50,317 nt of DNA from Cyclobacteriaceae bacterium (GTDB taxonomy: Bacteria; Bacteroidota; Bacteroidia; Cytophagales; Cyclobacteriaceae). Position 1 is the stretch's first letter. Every line of letters starts with the position of its first letter. The stretch spans positions 1 to 50,317 of the forward strand of contig JAEUUB010000786.1 in the NCBI GenBank assembly GCA_016787745.1. The letters run 5' to 3'. The notes below the pieces were generated by a model that was given only the letters and a program-made list of their open reading frames with translations, did no database searches and was not told the origin of the DNA. This document shows positions 1-9,357 of the stretch, piece by piece. The position numbers and the translations under genes are program-made.

Positions 1-92
1 GGTATTTTATGCCCCGGCACAGAGGAACCTGCAAGTATGCCAACACATACTACAACCAGACTCCATCGGGTAAATGAAAGTTTTCCATTCAT
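1..92 (-). CDS. 5' end of a membrane protein running off the window edge, possibly VanZ-like
   Basis: Manual translation from ATG at 92: MNGKLSFTRWSLVVVCVGILAGSSVPGHKI...; hydrophobic helix followed by SSVPG; TATCTTTG element just upstream. Confidence 0.45.
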   Translation of the reverse strand, partial: MNGKLSFTRWSLVVVCVGILAGSSVPGHKI

Positions 93-103
93 GTTTAAGT
101 GGT

Positions 104-111
104 CAAAGATA
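104..111 (-). promoter_or_regulatory. Bacteroidota -7 promoter element (TATCTTTG)
   Basis: Exact TAnnTTTG match just upstream of the ATG at 92. Confidence 0.5.
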
Positions 112-134
112 GAACTAAATGGAGATGGTAAATA

Positions 135-1097
135 TTACCCGAGGCTGATCAGGAAAATGGTATAGGCGATGTAACCGCTAAGCAAGAGCGCAGCCTCCCA
201 ACGATCAAGTTTGCGGGTGTTTAGGGTAAACATAAATATCATGAGAACTATGGTGGCCACCATTAATACGGAGATATCAAAATTTAAGGCAAGATTATAG
301 TCCATGGGTTTGATCATCCCGGTAACGGGTAATATGAATAGGATGTTAAAAATATTGGAACCCACCACATTGCCTATGGCGATATCTGTGTTCCGTTTAT
401 AGGCAGCAACCGCAGAGGTAGCCAGTTCGGGCAAGGATGTTCCTGCTGCCAGAATAGTTAAGCCAATTAATTTATCGCTTAGTCCATAGGTTTTAGCAAT
501 AAGAATGGCATTGTCTACTACAAGGGTTCCGCCACCCACAAGCATGGCTAACCCAAGAATTATAAAACCAGCCGACTTTGGTGTAGAGAAAATTTTTATT
601 TGCTGATCCTGGTCAAAATCTGAAGCATTGCTCATTGTTCGGATAATGTAGGCCATAAAAAGACCAAATAAACCCAGGAGTATGGCTGAGTCACCCCGAC
701 TAAGTCTGTTAAAGTTATCGCCCCAGATAAGCGTATCGTTTACCAGAAGATAAAGAATAGCAGCCGCTAACAACGAAAGGGGTACTTCATACCGAATGGT
801 ATTACGAAGTACGACCAATGGATAGATTAAACCGGCAACACCAAGAATGAGAAGTAAATTGAAGTTATTACTGCCAATGATATTACCAAATGCTGCGGAA
901 TTGTAGCCTTTGATGGAAGATGTAACACTTACTAAAAGTTCAGGGGTAGAGGTTCCCAATGCCACTACTGTAAGCCCAATAGCGATATTGGAGATTTTGA
1001 ACTTTTTTGCAATTGAACTAGACCCACTGACTAGAAAATCTGCACCTTTTATTAGAATAACAAAACCTGTAAGAAGTAAAACAAGGGCCAATAGCAT
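135..1097 (-). CDS. Calcium/sodium antiporter (CaCA, YrbG-like)
   Basis: Two alpha repeats (GTSTPEL...GNIIGSN and GTSLPEL...GNVVGSNIFN); about 10 TM helices. Confidence 0.92.
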   Translation of the reverse strand: MLLALVLLLTGFVILIKGADFLVSGSSSIAKKFKISNIAIGLTVVALGTSTPELLVSVTSSIKGYNSAAFGNIIGSNNFNLLLILGVAGLIYPLVVLRNTIRYEVPLSLLAAAILYLLVNDTLIWGDNFNRLSRGDSAILLGLFGLFMAYIIRTMSNASDFDQDQQIKIFSTPKSAGFIILGLAMLVGGGTLVVDNAILIAKTYGLSDKLIGLTILAAGTSLPELATSAVAAYKRNTDIAIGNVVGSNIFNILFILPVTGMIKPMDYNLALNFDISVLMVATIVLMIFMFTLNTRKLDRWEAALLLSGYIAYTIFLISLG

Positions 1098-1217
1098 CCG
1101 GGGGCGGTTAAGGGTAGCCTAAATATAAAATCTTTTCTTAATTGACTAAAAAGGTACATGTAAAAATATTGGCTGCTTAAACGAGGTTTCTTTTTAAATT
1201 TGCTGTTTAATGCGATC

Positions 1218-2504
1218 ATGACCTTAGATATAGTAATTACTCTGTTTCTCGTTTTTCTGAACGGATTCTTTGTTGCAGCCGAATTTGCCATTGTAAAGGT
1301 AAGGTCATCCCAAATAGCATTAGAGAAGGGAACCTTGGCCAAAGAGGCTGCCAAGGTAATTGTTAACAATCTGGATGGTTTCCTGGCTGCAACCCAGTTA
1401 GGCATTACTCTTGCGAGTTTGGGATTAGGTTGGGTAGGTGAGGATGTAGTCTCCAAACTGGTGCTTAATACCATGAATTCCATGGGGTTAGAGATGAGCG
1501 AGGCCACGGCCCATAGTGTTGCCCTGCCCATAGCCTTTATTACGCTCACCATTATGCATATTGTGTTTGGCGAATTGGCGCCTAAATCGCTGGCCATCCG
1601 TTATCCGGCATCAACAACGCTTCGAATATCAATACCCCTTCGCGCCTTCTATTTCGTCTTCAGACCTTTTATCTGGTTTTTAAATGGGTTTGCCAACCTG
1701 ATTTTAAAATTACTGGGGATCAAGCCCATGAGCGAAATTGATATCCATTCTGAAGAAGAATTGAAACTTATTATTGCAGAAAGCGAAGAAGGGGGTGCTA
1801 TTGAAACCTCGGAGCGGGAACTGATTCAAAATGTATTTGATTTTGATAACCGGGTAGCACGTCAGGTAATGGTACCGCGCGTTAAGATGAGTATGATCAA
1901 AGCGGATACCTCTATTACCGAGGCGATGGATATTGTGCTGAAGGAAGGGTACTCAAGATATCCGATCTATGAACAATCGAAGGATGAAGTAATTGGGGTT
2001 GTTCATTCAAAAGATATCGTATCGGTTTATATTTCAAAGAATGGCAAGTCATTAAAAGACATCATGCGATCGGTACACTTTATCCCGGAAACCAAACCAA
2101 TTGATGTATTGCTCCGCGATTTTCAAAGAACCAAAGCTCAAATGGCTTTTGTGGTAAGTGAGTTTGGCGGAATTATAGGATTGGTTACACTCGAGGATAT
2201 CTTAGAGGAACTGGTTGGTGAAATTCAGGATGAACATGATCATGAACAACAAATTGTTGTGCCCACCGAAAAGCAAACTTATCTCATAGCGGCTCAATCT
2301 TCGCTGCACGATATCAACAAATTATTAGACATCCCATTTCCCGAAGCGGAAGAGTATGAAACCTTGGCAGGTTTGTTAACCTTCGAAAAACCCATGCTTA
2401 AAGAGGGGGAAGAATTTGAACTATTCAATTATCAGATTAAAATCCTGAAAATCAATCAAACGCTGCCAGAGCAAGTGGAGGTGAAACCTATCAGTAAGGC
2501 CTGA
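1218..2504 (+). CDS. CNNM/TlyC 'hemolysin' family protein (DUF21 + CBS pair + CorC_HlyC)
   Basis: NGFFVAAEFA, QLGITLASLGLGW, GELAPKSLA, YSRYP and VTLEDILEELVGEI motifs; ATG at 1218 preferred over TTG at 1200. Confidence 0.92.
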   Translation: MTLDIVITLFLVFLNGFFVAAEFAIVKVRSSQIALEKGTLAKEAAKVIVNNLDGFLAATQLGITLASLGLGWVGEDVVSKLVLNTMNSMGLEMSEATAHSVALPIAFITLTIMHIVFGELAPKSLAIRYPASTTLRISIPLRAFYFVFRPFIWFLNGFANLILKLLGIKPMSEIDIHSEEELKLIIAESEEGGAIETSERELIQNVFDFDNRVARQVMVPRVKMSMIKADTSITEAMDIVLKEGYSRYPIYEQSKDEVIGVVHSKDIVSVYISKNGKSLKDIMRSVHFIPETKPIDVLLRDFQRTKAQMAFVVSEFGGIIGLVTLEDILEELVGEIQDEHDHEQQIVVPTEKQTYLIAAQSSLHDINKLLDIPFPEAEEYETLAGLLTFEKPMLKEGEEFELFNYQIKILKINQTLPEQVEVKPISKA

Positions 2505-2508
2505 TGGG

Positions 2509-3582
2509 CTAAAACCATTTTTTATATCGGAAGTACCCGATCATAAGCACAAAAATAACGCCCATAAAAGAAAGCACACCGAAATAACCATTTTGCCATT
2601 CCAATTCGGGCATGTACCTGAAATTCATTCCATAAACTCCTGCAATAAAAGTAAGTGGAATAAAAATTACCGTTATTATGGTAAGCAATTTCATTACTTC
2701 ATTCATCTTGTAGTTAATGGTATTCATGTACAGATCCATTAAAGTGGTGGTTAAGTCTTTGTAGGTGTCGAGAGAATCAATTAGATGAATTACGTGATCG
2801 TATACATCAGAAAAGTACTTTATGTTCCGGTCATCAATAAAATCGTTTTCATTTTTAACCACTTTATTCACTGCCTCCCGAAGTGGGTATACAACTTTGC
2901 GCAAATAGATAAATTCCTTGCGTAACTTTTGAATTCGTTGAAAATCTTCAACACTCGGATCGTTGGAAATACTTTCTTCAATTTCTTCCACCTGCCGCCC
3001 AATATTTTCCAGTACGGAATAATAGCTATCCACAATAGTATCCAGGAGCCGATAAAAAAGATAGTCGGCTCCCCGCTTGCGAATTATGTTTGTGTCTTGC
3101 TTGAGGCGTATTCGTAAGCTATCAAAAATATCACCCTCCTTCTCCTGAAAGGACAAAAGATAGTTTTTGCCAAGGACAAAGCTGATATGCTCATAGTCAA
3201 TACTTTGCCCTTCGATCCGGTAGAGCATTTTTAGTGTAAAAAACAAATGATTTTCATATTCATCCGCTTTGGGCTGATGGTCTACATTCAGAATGTCTTC
3301 CACCAGCAGATAGTGAAGGTCAAATTTTTCACTGATCTTTTTAATGAGTGTTTCATCCGACAGGCCGTCTACATTTATCCAATTTGTATTCCTTTTGCCG
3401 CAAAGTTCCAGCATTTCATCAATGGGAATGTTATCATGGGAGGAGAATGCCTTGTCGTCATATGTGATTAATTCCAGAATAACCTTTTCTCCGGCAGGCC
3501 CGGTATGCGTATGAACCCGATCGGTGAGGTGCTCATTTAGTTTTTTGATAACGGCCTTTCTCTTGGATTTTTCGTTTTGCAT
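2509..3582 (-). CDS. corA: Magnesium/cobalt transporter CorA
   Basis: PLTFIAGVYGMNF signature, MPELEW loop, two C-terminal TM helices. Confidence 0.95.
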   Translation of the reverse strand: MQNEKSKRKAVIKKLNEHLTDRVHTHTGPAGEKVILELITYDDKAFSSHDNIPIDEMLELCGKRNTNWINVDGLSDETLIKKISEKFDLHYLLVEDILNVDHQPKADEYENHLFFTLKMLYRIEGQSIDYEHISFVLGKNYLLSFQEKEGDIFDSLRIRLKQDTNIIRKRGADYLFYRLLDTIVDSYYSVLENIGRQVEEIEESISNDPSVEDFQRIQKLRKEFIYLRKVVYPLREAVNKVVKNENDFIDDRNIKYFSDVYDHVIHLIDSLDTYKDLTTTLMDLYMNTINYKMNEVMKLLTIITVIFIPLTFIAGVYGMNFRYMPELEWQNGYFGVLSFMGVIFVLMIGYFRYKKWF

Positions 3583-3593
3583 GTCAGGAAAAT

Positions 3594-4430
3594 TTATCTG
3601 TTAAAGACCAATCTGCCCGGATACCCGAATTCAATATTTTCATTTCGATAGCGGGTTTGAACAGATTTAAGCACGTCACATTTCAATTCAAAAGCATTTG
3701 TAGCGTTTTCGGTCCATACATAACCCCGAAGCTGAATACCCGAATCTGTATAAGCCACTACACGCACCATAACGGGCTGTTCGCCATGGGTAATCTCGTG
3801 GGGCGACCGGTTATCAATACAAAAGCGATGATTTAAACATTCTTGCTGAATAATTTCCATAGCACGCTCCACGGAAGCGTTGAACGATACCGGAACGTCA
3901 ATAAACTGGCAAATCTTTTCATCTGTTAACGTGGAGTTAATAATGATTTCGTTGCTGATAACACTGTTGGGAATAACAATTCGCTTGTTCTCAAAATCTT
4001 TTATAATCGTATGACGCAGGGTAATATCTTCAACATCCCCACTATACAATTGACCAATTTTAACCCGGTCGCCCACACTAAAAGGCTTAAATATGACAAG
4101 GAAAAATCCACTAATGATATTTGAAAAAGCAGATTGGGAAGCAAACCCTACAATGGCTGCCAGAACCCCAGCTCCGGTAAGGAGGGTGGTACCCACCACC
4201 CGAAATGCAGGAATGGATCGGAAAATTATTATGGCTGCTATTAGAAAGACAATAAAGTCTACCGCATTCTTAAAGAAGTTGTACCGGGTAGGGTCTACCT
4301 TTAACTTTTTGGCTGCGGTCCGGATGAACCTGCCGATAAATACCCGAAACAAACGGGAGATCAAAAAAGCTACGACCAGTACGATAACAGCAAAAACTAT
4401 CTGCTCCCATTTTTGGTCCATAGCATTCAT
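3594..4430 (-). CDS. Small-conductance mechanosensitive channel (MscS family)
   Basis: GFASQSAFSNIISGFFL..KPFSVGDRV...GDVEDITLRHT...IPNS. Confidence 0.92.
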   Translation of the reverse strand: MNAMDQKWEQIVFAVIVLVVAFLISRLFRVFIGRFIRTAAKKLKVDPTRYNFFKNAVDFIVFLIAAIIIFRSIPAFRVVGTTLLTGAGVLAAIVGFASQSAFSNIISGFFLVIFKPFSVGDRVKIGQLYSGDVEDITLRHTIIKDFENKRIVIPNSVISNEIIINSTLTDEKICQFIDVPVSFNASVERAMEIIQQECLNHRFCIDNRSPHEITHGEQPVMVRVVAYTDSGIQLRGYVWTENATNAFELKCDVLKSVQTRYRNENIEFGYPGRLVFNR

Positions 4431-4549
4431 GGTTTCGAAAATAGCAATTGTTTAAGAGTTGGTATCTAAACCATAGACTTTTTTGAAATCTTGCCTCTCT
4501 CATATTATTTCATACTTAGTATTCTTTCGATTGCTTATTATTGCAATTC

Positions 4550-5524
4550 ATGACCAAAGACCTGGAAAGCATTAAGGCCCCCGTGGCCATCGAAATGGAG
4601 GAATTCGAACAGAAGTTCAGAGCCTCTATGAAAACCCGGGTTCTTTTGCTTGATAAAATCATGTCTTATATCGTGAAGCGGAAGGGCAAGCAAATGCGAC
4701 CTTTATTTGTCTTTCTTAGCGCAGGAGCTACGGGTGTTATTAATGAGTCTACCTATCGGGGGGCATCCCTGATTGAGTTGGTACATACTGCCAGTCTTGT
4801 GCATGACGATGTGGTGGATAATTCAAGTTACAGGCGCGGGTTCTTTTCCGTAAACGCCCTTTGGAAAAATAAGATCGCGGTGTTGGTGGGCGACTTTTTA
4901 TTAACCCGGGGTTTATTTCTTGCCCTGGAGCATAAAGATTACCAACTGCTGGAGATTTGTACAGAAGCCGTAAAGGAAATGAGCGAAGGCGAGTTGCTAC
5001 AGATGGAAAAGGCCCGCCAACTCGACATCAGTGAAGAAATTTATTATGAGATCATAAGACAGAAAACGGCTTCATTAATAGCTTCCTGTTGTTCTATCGG
5101 GGCCAGCTCATCGGGGGCTACAGAGGAGATGGTGAAGAAAATGAAGAAGTTTGGCGAGTGCGTGGGTATGGCCTTCCAAATTAAGGATGACCTATTTGAC
5201 TATGGAGATGACGAAATCGGCAAACCGGTGGGCATCGATATTAAAGAAAAGAAATTAACCTTACCCTTGATTTATTCTTTATCAAAAGCTTCGTGGCTTG
5301 AAAAGCGTAAGATTATTGGCATCATTAAAAATAATAGTGAAGATGCCGCTAAGGTGAAGATAGTGATTGACTTTGTAAGGAAATCAGGTGGTATTGCATA
5401 TGCTAACCAAAAGATGACTGAATACTACACGCAGTCAATAGCCCTGCTTAATGAACTGCCCGACTCAGCATTTAAAACTTCCCTTGGTGACCTGGTACAG
5501 TTTACAATAGAACGAAAGAGTTAG
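4550..5524 (+). CDS. Polyprenyl diphosphate synthase (IspB-like)
   Basis: GKQMRP, first Asp-rich motif HDDVVD..RRG, KTA, second motif FQIKDD. Confidence 0.93.
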   Translation: MTKDLESIKAPVAIEMEEFEQKFRASMKTRVLLLDKIMSYIVKRKGKQMRPLFVFLSAGATGVINESTYRGASLIELVHTASLVHDDVVDNSSYRRGFFSVNALWKNKIAVLVGDFLLTRGLFLALEHKDYQLLEICTEAVKEMSEGELLQMEKARQLDISEEIYYEIIRQKTASLIASCCSIGASSSGATEEMVKKMKKFGECVGMAFQIKDDLFDYGDDEIGKPVGIDIKEKKLTLPLIYSLSKASWLEKRKIIGIIKNNSEDAAKVKIVIDFVRKSGGIAYANQKMTEYYTQSIALLNELPDSAFKTSLGDLVQFTIERKS

Positions 5525-5985
5525 GATAATTTTATCCGCTCCCGACCCGCTTCTAAAATTGCATACTCCTTAAGCTTTGAATAATCGGACTCTTCTAAAA
5601 CCTGGGCGGCCGGACCTATATCTGTAGGTTCAAAATTACCTTCGGTTTCCCACCATTTCTTGGCATACGCCCGTGCTTCTGATTTATCTACTTCAAAGTA
5701 GTTGATGATGGTATCAGAAACGATCCAGGGTTTTTCTACTGTTGCAAATTTTTCGAAGATCATGGAGCGCATTTGCGTACCACTTGACTGATTATTGAAG
5801 TGAGACTGGCTATAGGAGAGTGTTTCAGGCTCAGTCATTATCATATCCCAATATTTTTTGGATGAAACTACCTGTGCCGTTGTGAGCAAATAGCCATCTC
5901 CCTTTTCTATAGGTTCTTTTGTTATCTGGCAGCTTGCCTTAAATTCTTTCTTTTTCTTGCCAAATAGGGTATCAAATAATGCCAT
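5521..5985 (-). CDS. Hypothetical protein, 154 aa
   Basis: Long ORF with AT-rich start context and protein-like composition; family not recognised. Confidence 0.75.
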   Translation of the reverse strand: MALFDTLFGKKKKEFKASCQITKEPIEKGDGYLLTTAQVVSSKKYWDMIMTEPETLSYSQSHFNNQSSGTQMRSMIFEKFATVEKPWIVSDTIINYFEVDKSEARAYAKKWWETEGNFEPTDIGPAAQVLEESDYSKLKEYAILEAGRERIKLS

Positions 5986-6101
5986 GTCTTTGTTATTTAC
6001 TTATGTAGATACTTCCATTTGGGCAAATAGTTGCATCATCAGGTAATTATTTTGATTAAACTGTTAAAAAAATGCTGTGAATGGGCTATTTGGTGTCGGA
6101 A

Positions 6102-7550
6102 CTACGGAGAAGTTCCTTTTCCCGAAGGATTTTTCTTGCTGTTTACGAATTTCTCGTGCTTTGTAAAAAAATCATCTAATTGACTAACAGGGAGCTTCTT
6201 GGCAATTATTTTTTTCTTGTTATCCAGAATATAGATGGAAGGCGTTGTATCGGAGTGGTAAAGCTGCGAGTAATGTTGTGGAAGGTAGGAGCGAGGTCCG
6301 TTAACTGTTATCCAAGGGGTTTTCATTTCCTTGATAAAGTCTTTCATCTTTTGTATAGAGGTATCCGAGGATACTGCAAATACTTCAAAATCAAATTTTG
6401 TATGACTGGCATTGTAAAAAGTTACCAGCTTGGGAGTCTCTTCCCTGCAATGGCCGCAGTCGGGATCGAAAATCCACAGAATCGTGTATTTATTTTTAAG
6501 ATCATACATTGACCGGGGTTGAAGATTCTGATCTTGCATGATTAAGTTAGCCCCGGTTTTGCCTACTAAACTGCCCCGTAGTTTATCTGCGTACTCTTTC
6601 AAGTTTTGCTTGATTTTATCGCTAACCCAAAAATCCATTTGGCCTGATGCAAAGTATTTGTCGTAAAGACTTACATACACGGCATCCAATCCCATAATTT
6701 CCGGGTTCTGATAAAGGAAAACACAATTCCATACCAGGTACTTATAGGTTTCCGGATTTTTCTTAGCCACTGCCACCATCTTGTCAATGGCCTTCATGAT
6801 GGTGTCGGGTATAGGGGCGTAGAGTTTGTTCAGATATTCCTTAATTTTTTCCTGATAGATTGGGCGTGGCAGGCGAAGCATGGCATCATCGGCCAGATCG
6901 AACTTGTCGAAAAAATGTTCGCGATAGTAGCGAAGTTGGAAGGTAGAATCAATAGTGCCATCTGCTTTCTTGGGTGAGGCCGGGGCCTCAATGGCTTGCG
7001 TAGCCTTTAGAAGACGAGCCGTAAGAGTAGTAGGATATTTGTCTATCAGGTTGTTCTGATAACTTATTACCTGTTCTGTTATTTTATTTAATGATTCTTT
7101 CGCTTGTTTGCGATCAACCTCCGAGCGTGTACTGTCATTCATTGTTTTTACAAACGGCTCTGCTTCCTTGCTGCGAACCATATTAAACTTCATGTTTTCA
7201 AAAAAGAGTCGATTGTCTTCATCGCCCTTCACAACAGCACTTTGAATGAAATTATCTGAATTACCCTCGATTAAGAATCTTTGGTTAGTACCAACCACAA
7301 AGTCAAAAATTTTAGACTTGCCGAGAACCAAAAAATAAACCCCTTGTGGCAAGGATTGTTTATTATCAAAATAAAAGGCTCCGGCTGAATTTGATTGCGT
7401 GGTATCTTTCAAATAAGTTTGCTCTCCGTAATAATGCCCTAAATAGACGGTTGTATCTTGCCACCCTTTAATTTTAAATTCAATTTTATAGCCGGTTTGT
7501 CCGAATGATTGTGTAGTGATTATGAGAAGAATGACAATCAGTAATCGCAT
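6102..7550 (-). CDS. Exported TlpA/thioredoxin-fold protein (DUF5106-type N-terminal region)
   Basis: Signal peptide ending ..SFG-Q; C-terminal thioredoxin domain with FDPDCGHC and TPSIYILD. Confidence 0.85.
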   Translation of the reverse strand: MRLLIVILLIITTQSFGQTGYKIEFKIKGWQDTTVYLGHYYGEQTYLKDTTQSNSAGAFYFDNKQSLPQGVYFLVLGKSKIFDFVVGTNQRFLIEGNSDNFIQSAVVKGDEDNRLFFENMKFNMVRSKEAEPFVKTMNDSTRSEVDRKQAKESLNKITEQVISYQNNLIDKYPTTLTARLLKATQAIEAPASPKKADGTIDSTFQLRYYREHFFDKFDLADDAMLRLPRPIYQEKIKEYLNKLYAPIPDTIMKAIDKMVAVAKKNPETYKYLVWNCVFLYQNPEIMGLDAVYVSLYDKYFASGQMDFWVSDKIKQNLKEYADKLRGSLVGKTGANLIMQDQNLQPRSMYDLKNKYTILWIFDPDCGHCREETPKLVTFYNASHTKFDFEVFAVSSDTSIQKMKDFIKEMKTPWITVNGPRSYLPQHYSQLYHSDTTPSIYILDNKKKIIAKKLPVSQLDDFFTKHEKFVNSKKNPSGKGTSP

Positions 7551-7693
7551 GATTCGTTTTTATTAAGTAACAAATTTCTAAAATTAGAATGGCTTTACAA
7601 GCACAATTAATAGGCCAAACGCAAGGAAGGTAAGTTTTTTGATTTGTTAAAAACTCCTTAAAAGAGTGGTTATGCACTCTCAGGTTTTAAAAT

Positions 7694-7701
7694 TACTTTT
7701 G
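7694..7701 (+). promoter_or_regulatory. -7 promoter element of the gld operon (TACTTTTG)
   Basis: Exact TAnnTTTG match ending 13 nt before the gldA ATG. Confidence 0.6.
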
Positions 7702-7714
7702 CACCTTTAAAAAA

Positions 7715-8638
7715 ATGTCGCTACATGTTTCAAATCTCACGAAAGTTTATGGCCAGCAAAAGGCTTTAAACGATGTATCTTTTTCAGTGGAGAAGGGTGA
7801 GATTGTTGGCTTCCTAGGCCCTAATGGAGCAGGTAAATCTACCACAATGAAAATTGCTACCGGGTACCTGGCCTCTACGTCAGGCACGGTCACTATAAAT
7901 GGGTTTGAAGTAGCAACGCATTCGGTTCAGATAAGAAAAATTTTGGGGTATCTTCCGGAACATAATCCGTTGTATCCGGATATGTTTGTTCATGAGTACC
8001 TTCAGTTTGTTGGTAAAGTGTTTCAGATCACTTCCTCCGAATTAAAAAAGCGGGTTCCTGAAATAATTGCACTTTGTGGACTAGACCGCGAGCAAAACAA
8101 AAAAATTGAGGCGCTATCCAAAGGGTACAGGCAGCGAGTGGGCCTTGCGCAGGCATTAATTCATAATCCCGAAGTTTTGATTTTAGATGAACCCACCACA
8201 GGGTTGGATCCCAATCAGATTTTGGAAATTCGAAAATTGATAAAGCAGATTAGTGAGAATAAAACTGTGATATTCTCTACACATATTATGCAGGAAGTAC
8301 AAGCGCTGTGCGATCGGGTAGTTGTCATCAATCAGGGAACCCTGGTTGCGGATGATCGTGTCGCGAGTTTATTGAAGCATCAGAAAAATACTTTTCTCGT
8401 TGTGGAGTTTGAGTCTGGTGTGGACGAGCAAGTCTTGCTCAGTTTGGCAGGTGTTGAGAAAGTGATTGAACTTAAACCGGGCCTTTATCGATTGGTAACA
8501 ACCACAGGTTTTGATTTGCGGTCGGAAGTCTTTCGTATGGCTTCTGAAAGAAATTTATCCTTGATTGGTTTACGCCAGGAAGAGAATTCTCTGGAAGAAA
8601 TTTTCAGAGAATTAACAATAACCACCACGCAGGCATGA
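7715..8638 (+). CDS. gldA: Gliding motility ABC transporter ATP-binding subunit
   Basis: Walker A GPNGAGKS, GYLPEHNPLY, LSKGYRQRVG, ILDEPT; synteny with gldF/gldG. Confidence 0.9.
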   Translation: MSLHVSNLTKVYGQQKALNDVSFSVEKGEIVGFLGPNGAGKSTTMKIATGYLASTSGTVTINGFEVATHSVQIRKILGYLPEHNPLYPDMFVHEYLQFVGKVFQITSSELKKRVPEIIALCGLDREQNKKIEALSKGYRQRVGLAQALIHNPEVLILDEPTTGLDPNQILEIRKLIKQISENKTVIFSTHIMQEVQALCDRVVVINQGTLVADDRVASLLKHQKNTFLVVEFESGVDEQVLLSLAGVEKVIELKPGLYRLVTTTGFDLRSEVFRMASERNLSLIGLRQEENSLEEIFRELTITTTQA

Positions 8639-9357
8639 TACAGGTGTTTAAAAAGGAATTCAATAATTTTCTTAACTCCCTGATCGGCTACATTGTTATC
8701 GGAGCCTTTTTAACCGGTATCGGATTATTCATCTGGGTATTTCCGGACACTTCGGTGCTTGATTACGGGTTTGCCGATCTTGATACATTGTTTTCCATAA
8801 GCCCCTATATTTTCATATTCCTTATTCCCGCAATTACCATGAAGAGTTTTGCGGAAGAAAAGAAAATGGGAACGCTGGAATTATTGTTGTCAAAACCTTT
8901 GAGTGACTGGCAAGTTGTGTTGGGAAAATTTCTGGCTGCTTTTGCATTAGTCCTTTTGGCACTTACCCCCACGCTAATCTATTATTACTCTATTTACCGC
9001 TTGGGTAATCCGATGGGCAACATCGATTCGGCCGGGGTGGCGAGTTCTTATGTTGGCCTTGCCTTGCTAGCCATGCTTTTTTGTGCAATCGGCCTCTTTG
9101 CATCCTCTCTTACGGCTAATCAGATTATCTCCTTTATTCTGGCGGCCTTCCTTTCCTTTATTATTTATTCAGGATTGGATTCTATTGCTCTGCTGGTAGG
9201 AAGTTCAGGATTAGCCATCAAGCAATTAGGTGGGTTGTATCATTACGATTCCCTTAGCAAAGGTCTCATTGATAGCCGCGATATTATTTATTTCGTTACG
9301 GTTACGGGTTTTCTTTTATTGACCACGCGTGTAATCCTTGGAAGCAGACAATGGTAA
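8635..9357 (+). CDS. gldF: Gliding motility ABC transporter permease
   Basis: Six TM helices; FLIPAITMKSFAEEKKMGTLELL; KGLIDSRDIIYF. Confidence 0.92.
   Translation: MIQVFKKEFNNFLNSLIGYIVIGAFLTGIGLFIWVFPDTSVLDYGFADLDTLFSISPYIFIFLIPAITMKSFAEEKKMGTLELLLSKPLSDWQVVLGKFLAAFALVLLALTPTLIYYYSIYRLGNPMGNIDSAGVASSYVGLALLAMLFCAIGLFASSLTANQIISFILAAFLSFIIYSGLDSIALLVGSSGLAIKQLGGLYHYDSLSKGLIDSRDIIYFVTVTGFLLLTTRVILGSRQW

Noticed and set aside
1052-1597. 181-aa minus-strand ORF and similar antisense ORFs (e.g. 38281-38883, 4093-4455, 31601-31945)
   Set aside because: Shadow frames opposite well-conserved genes.
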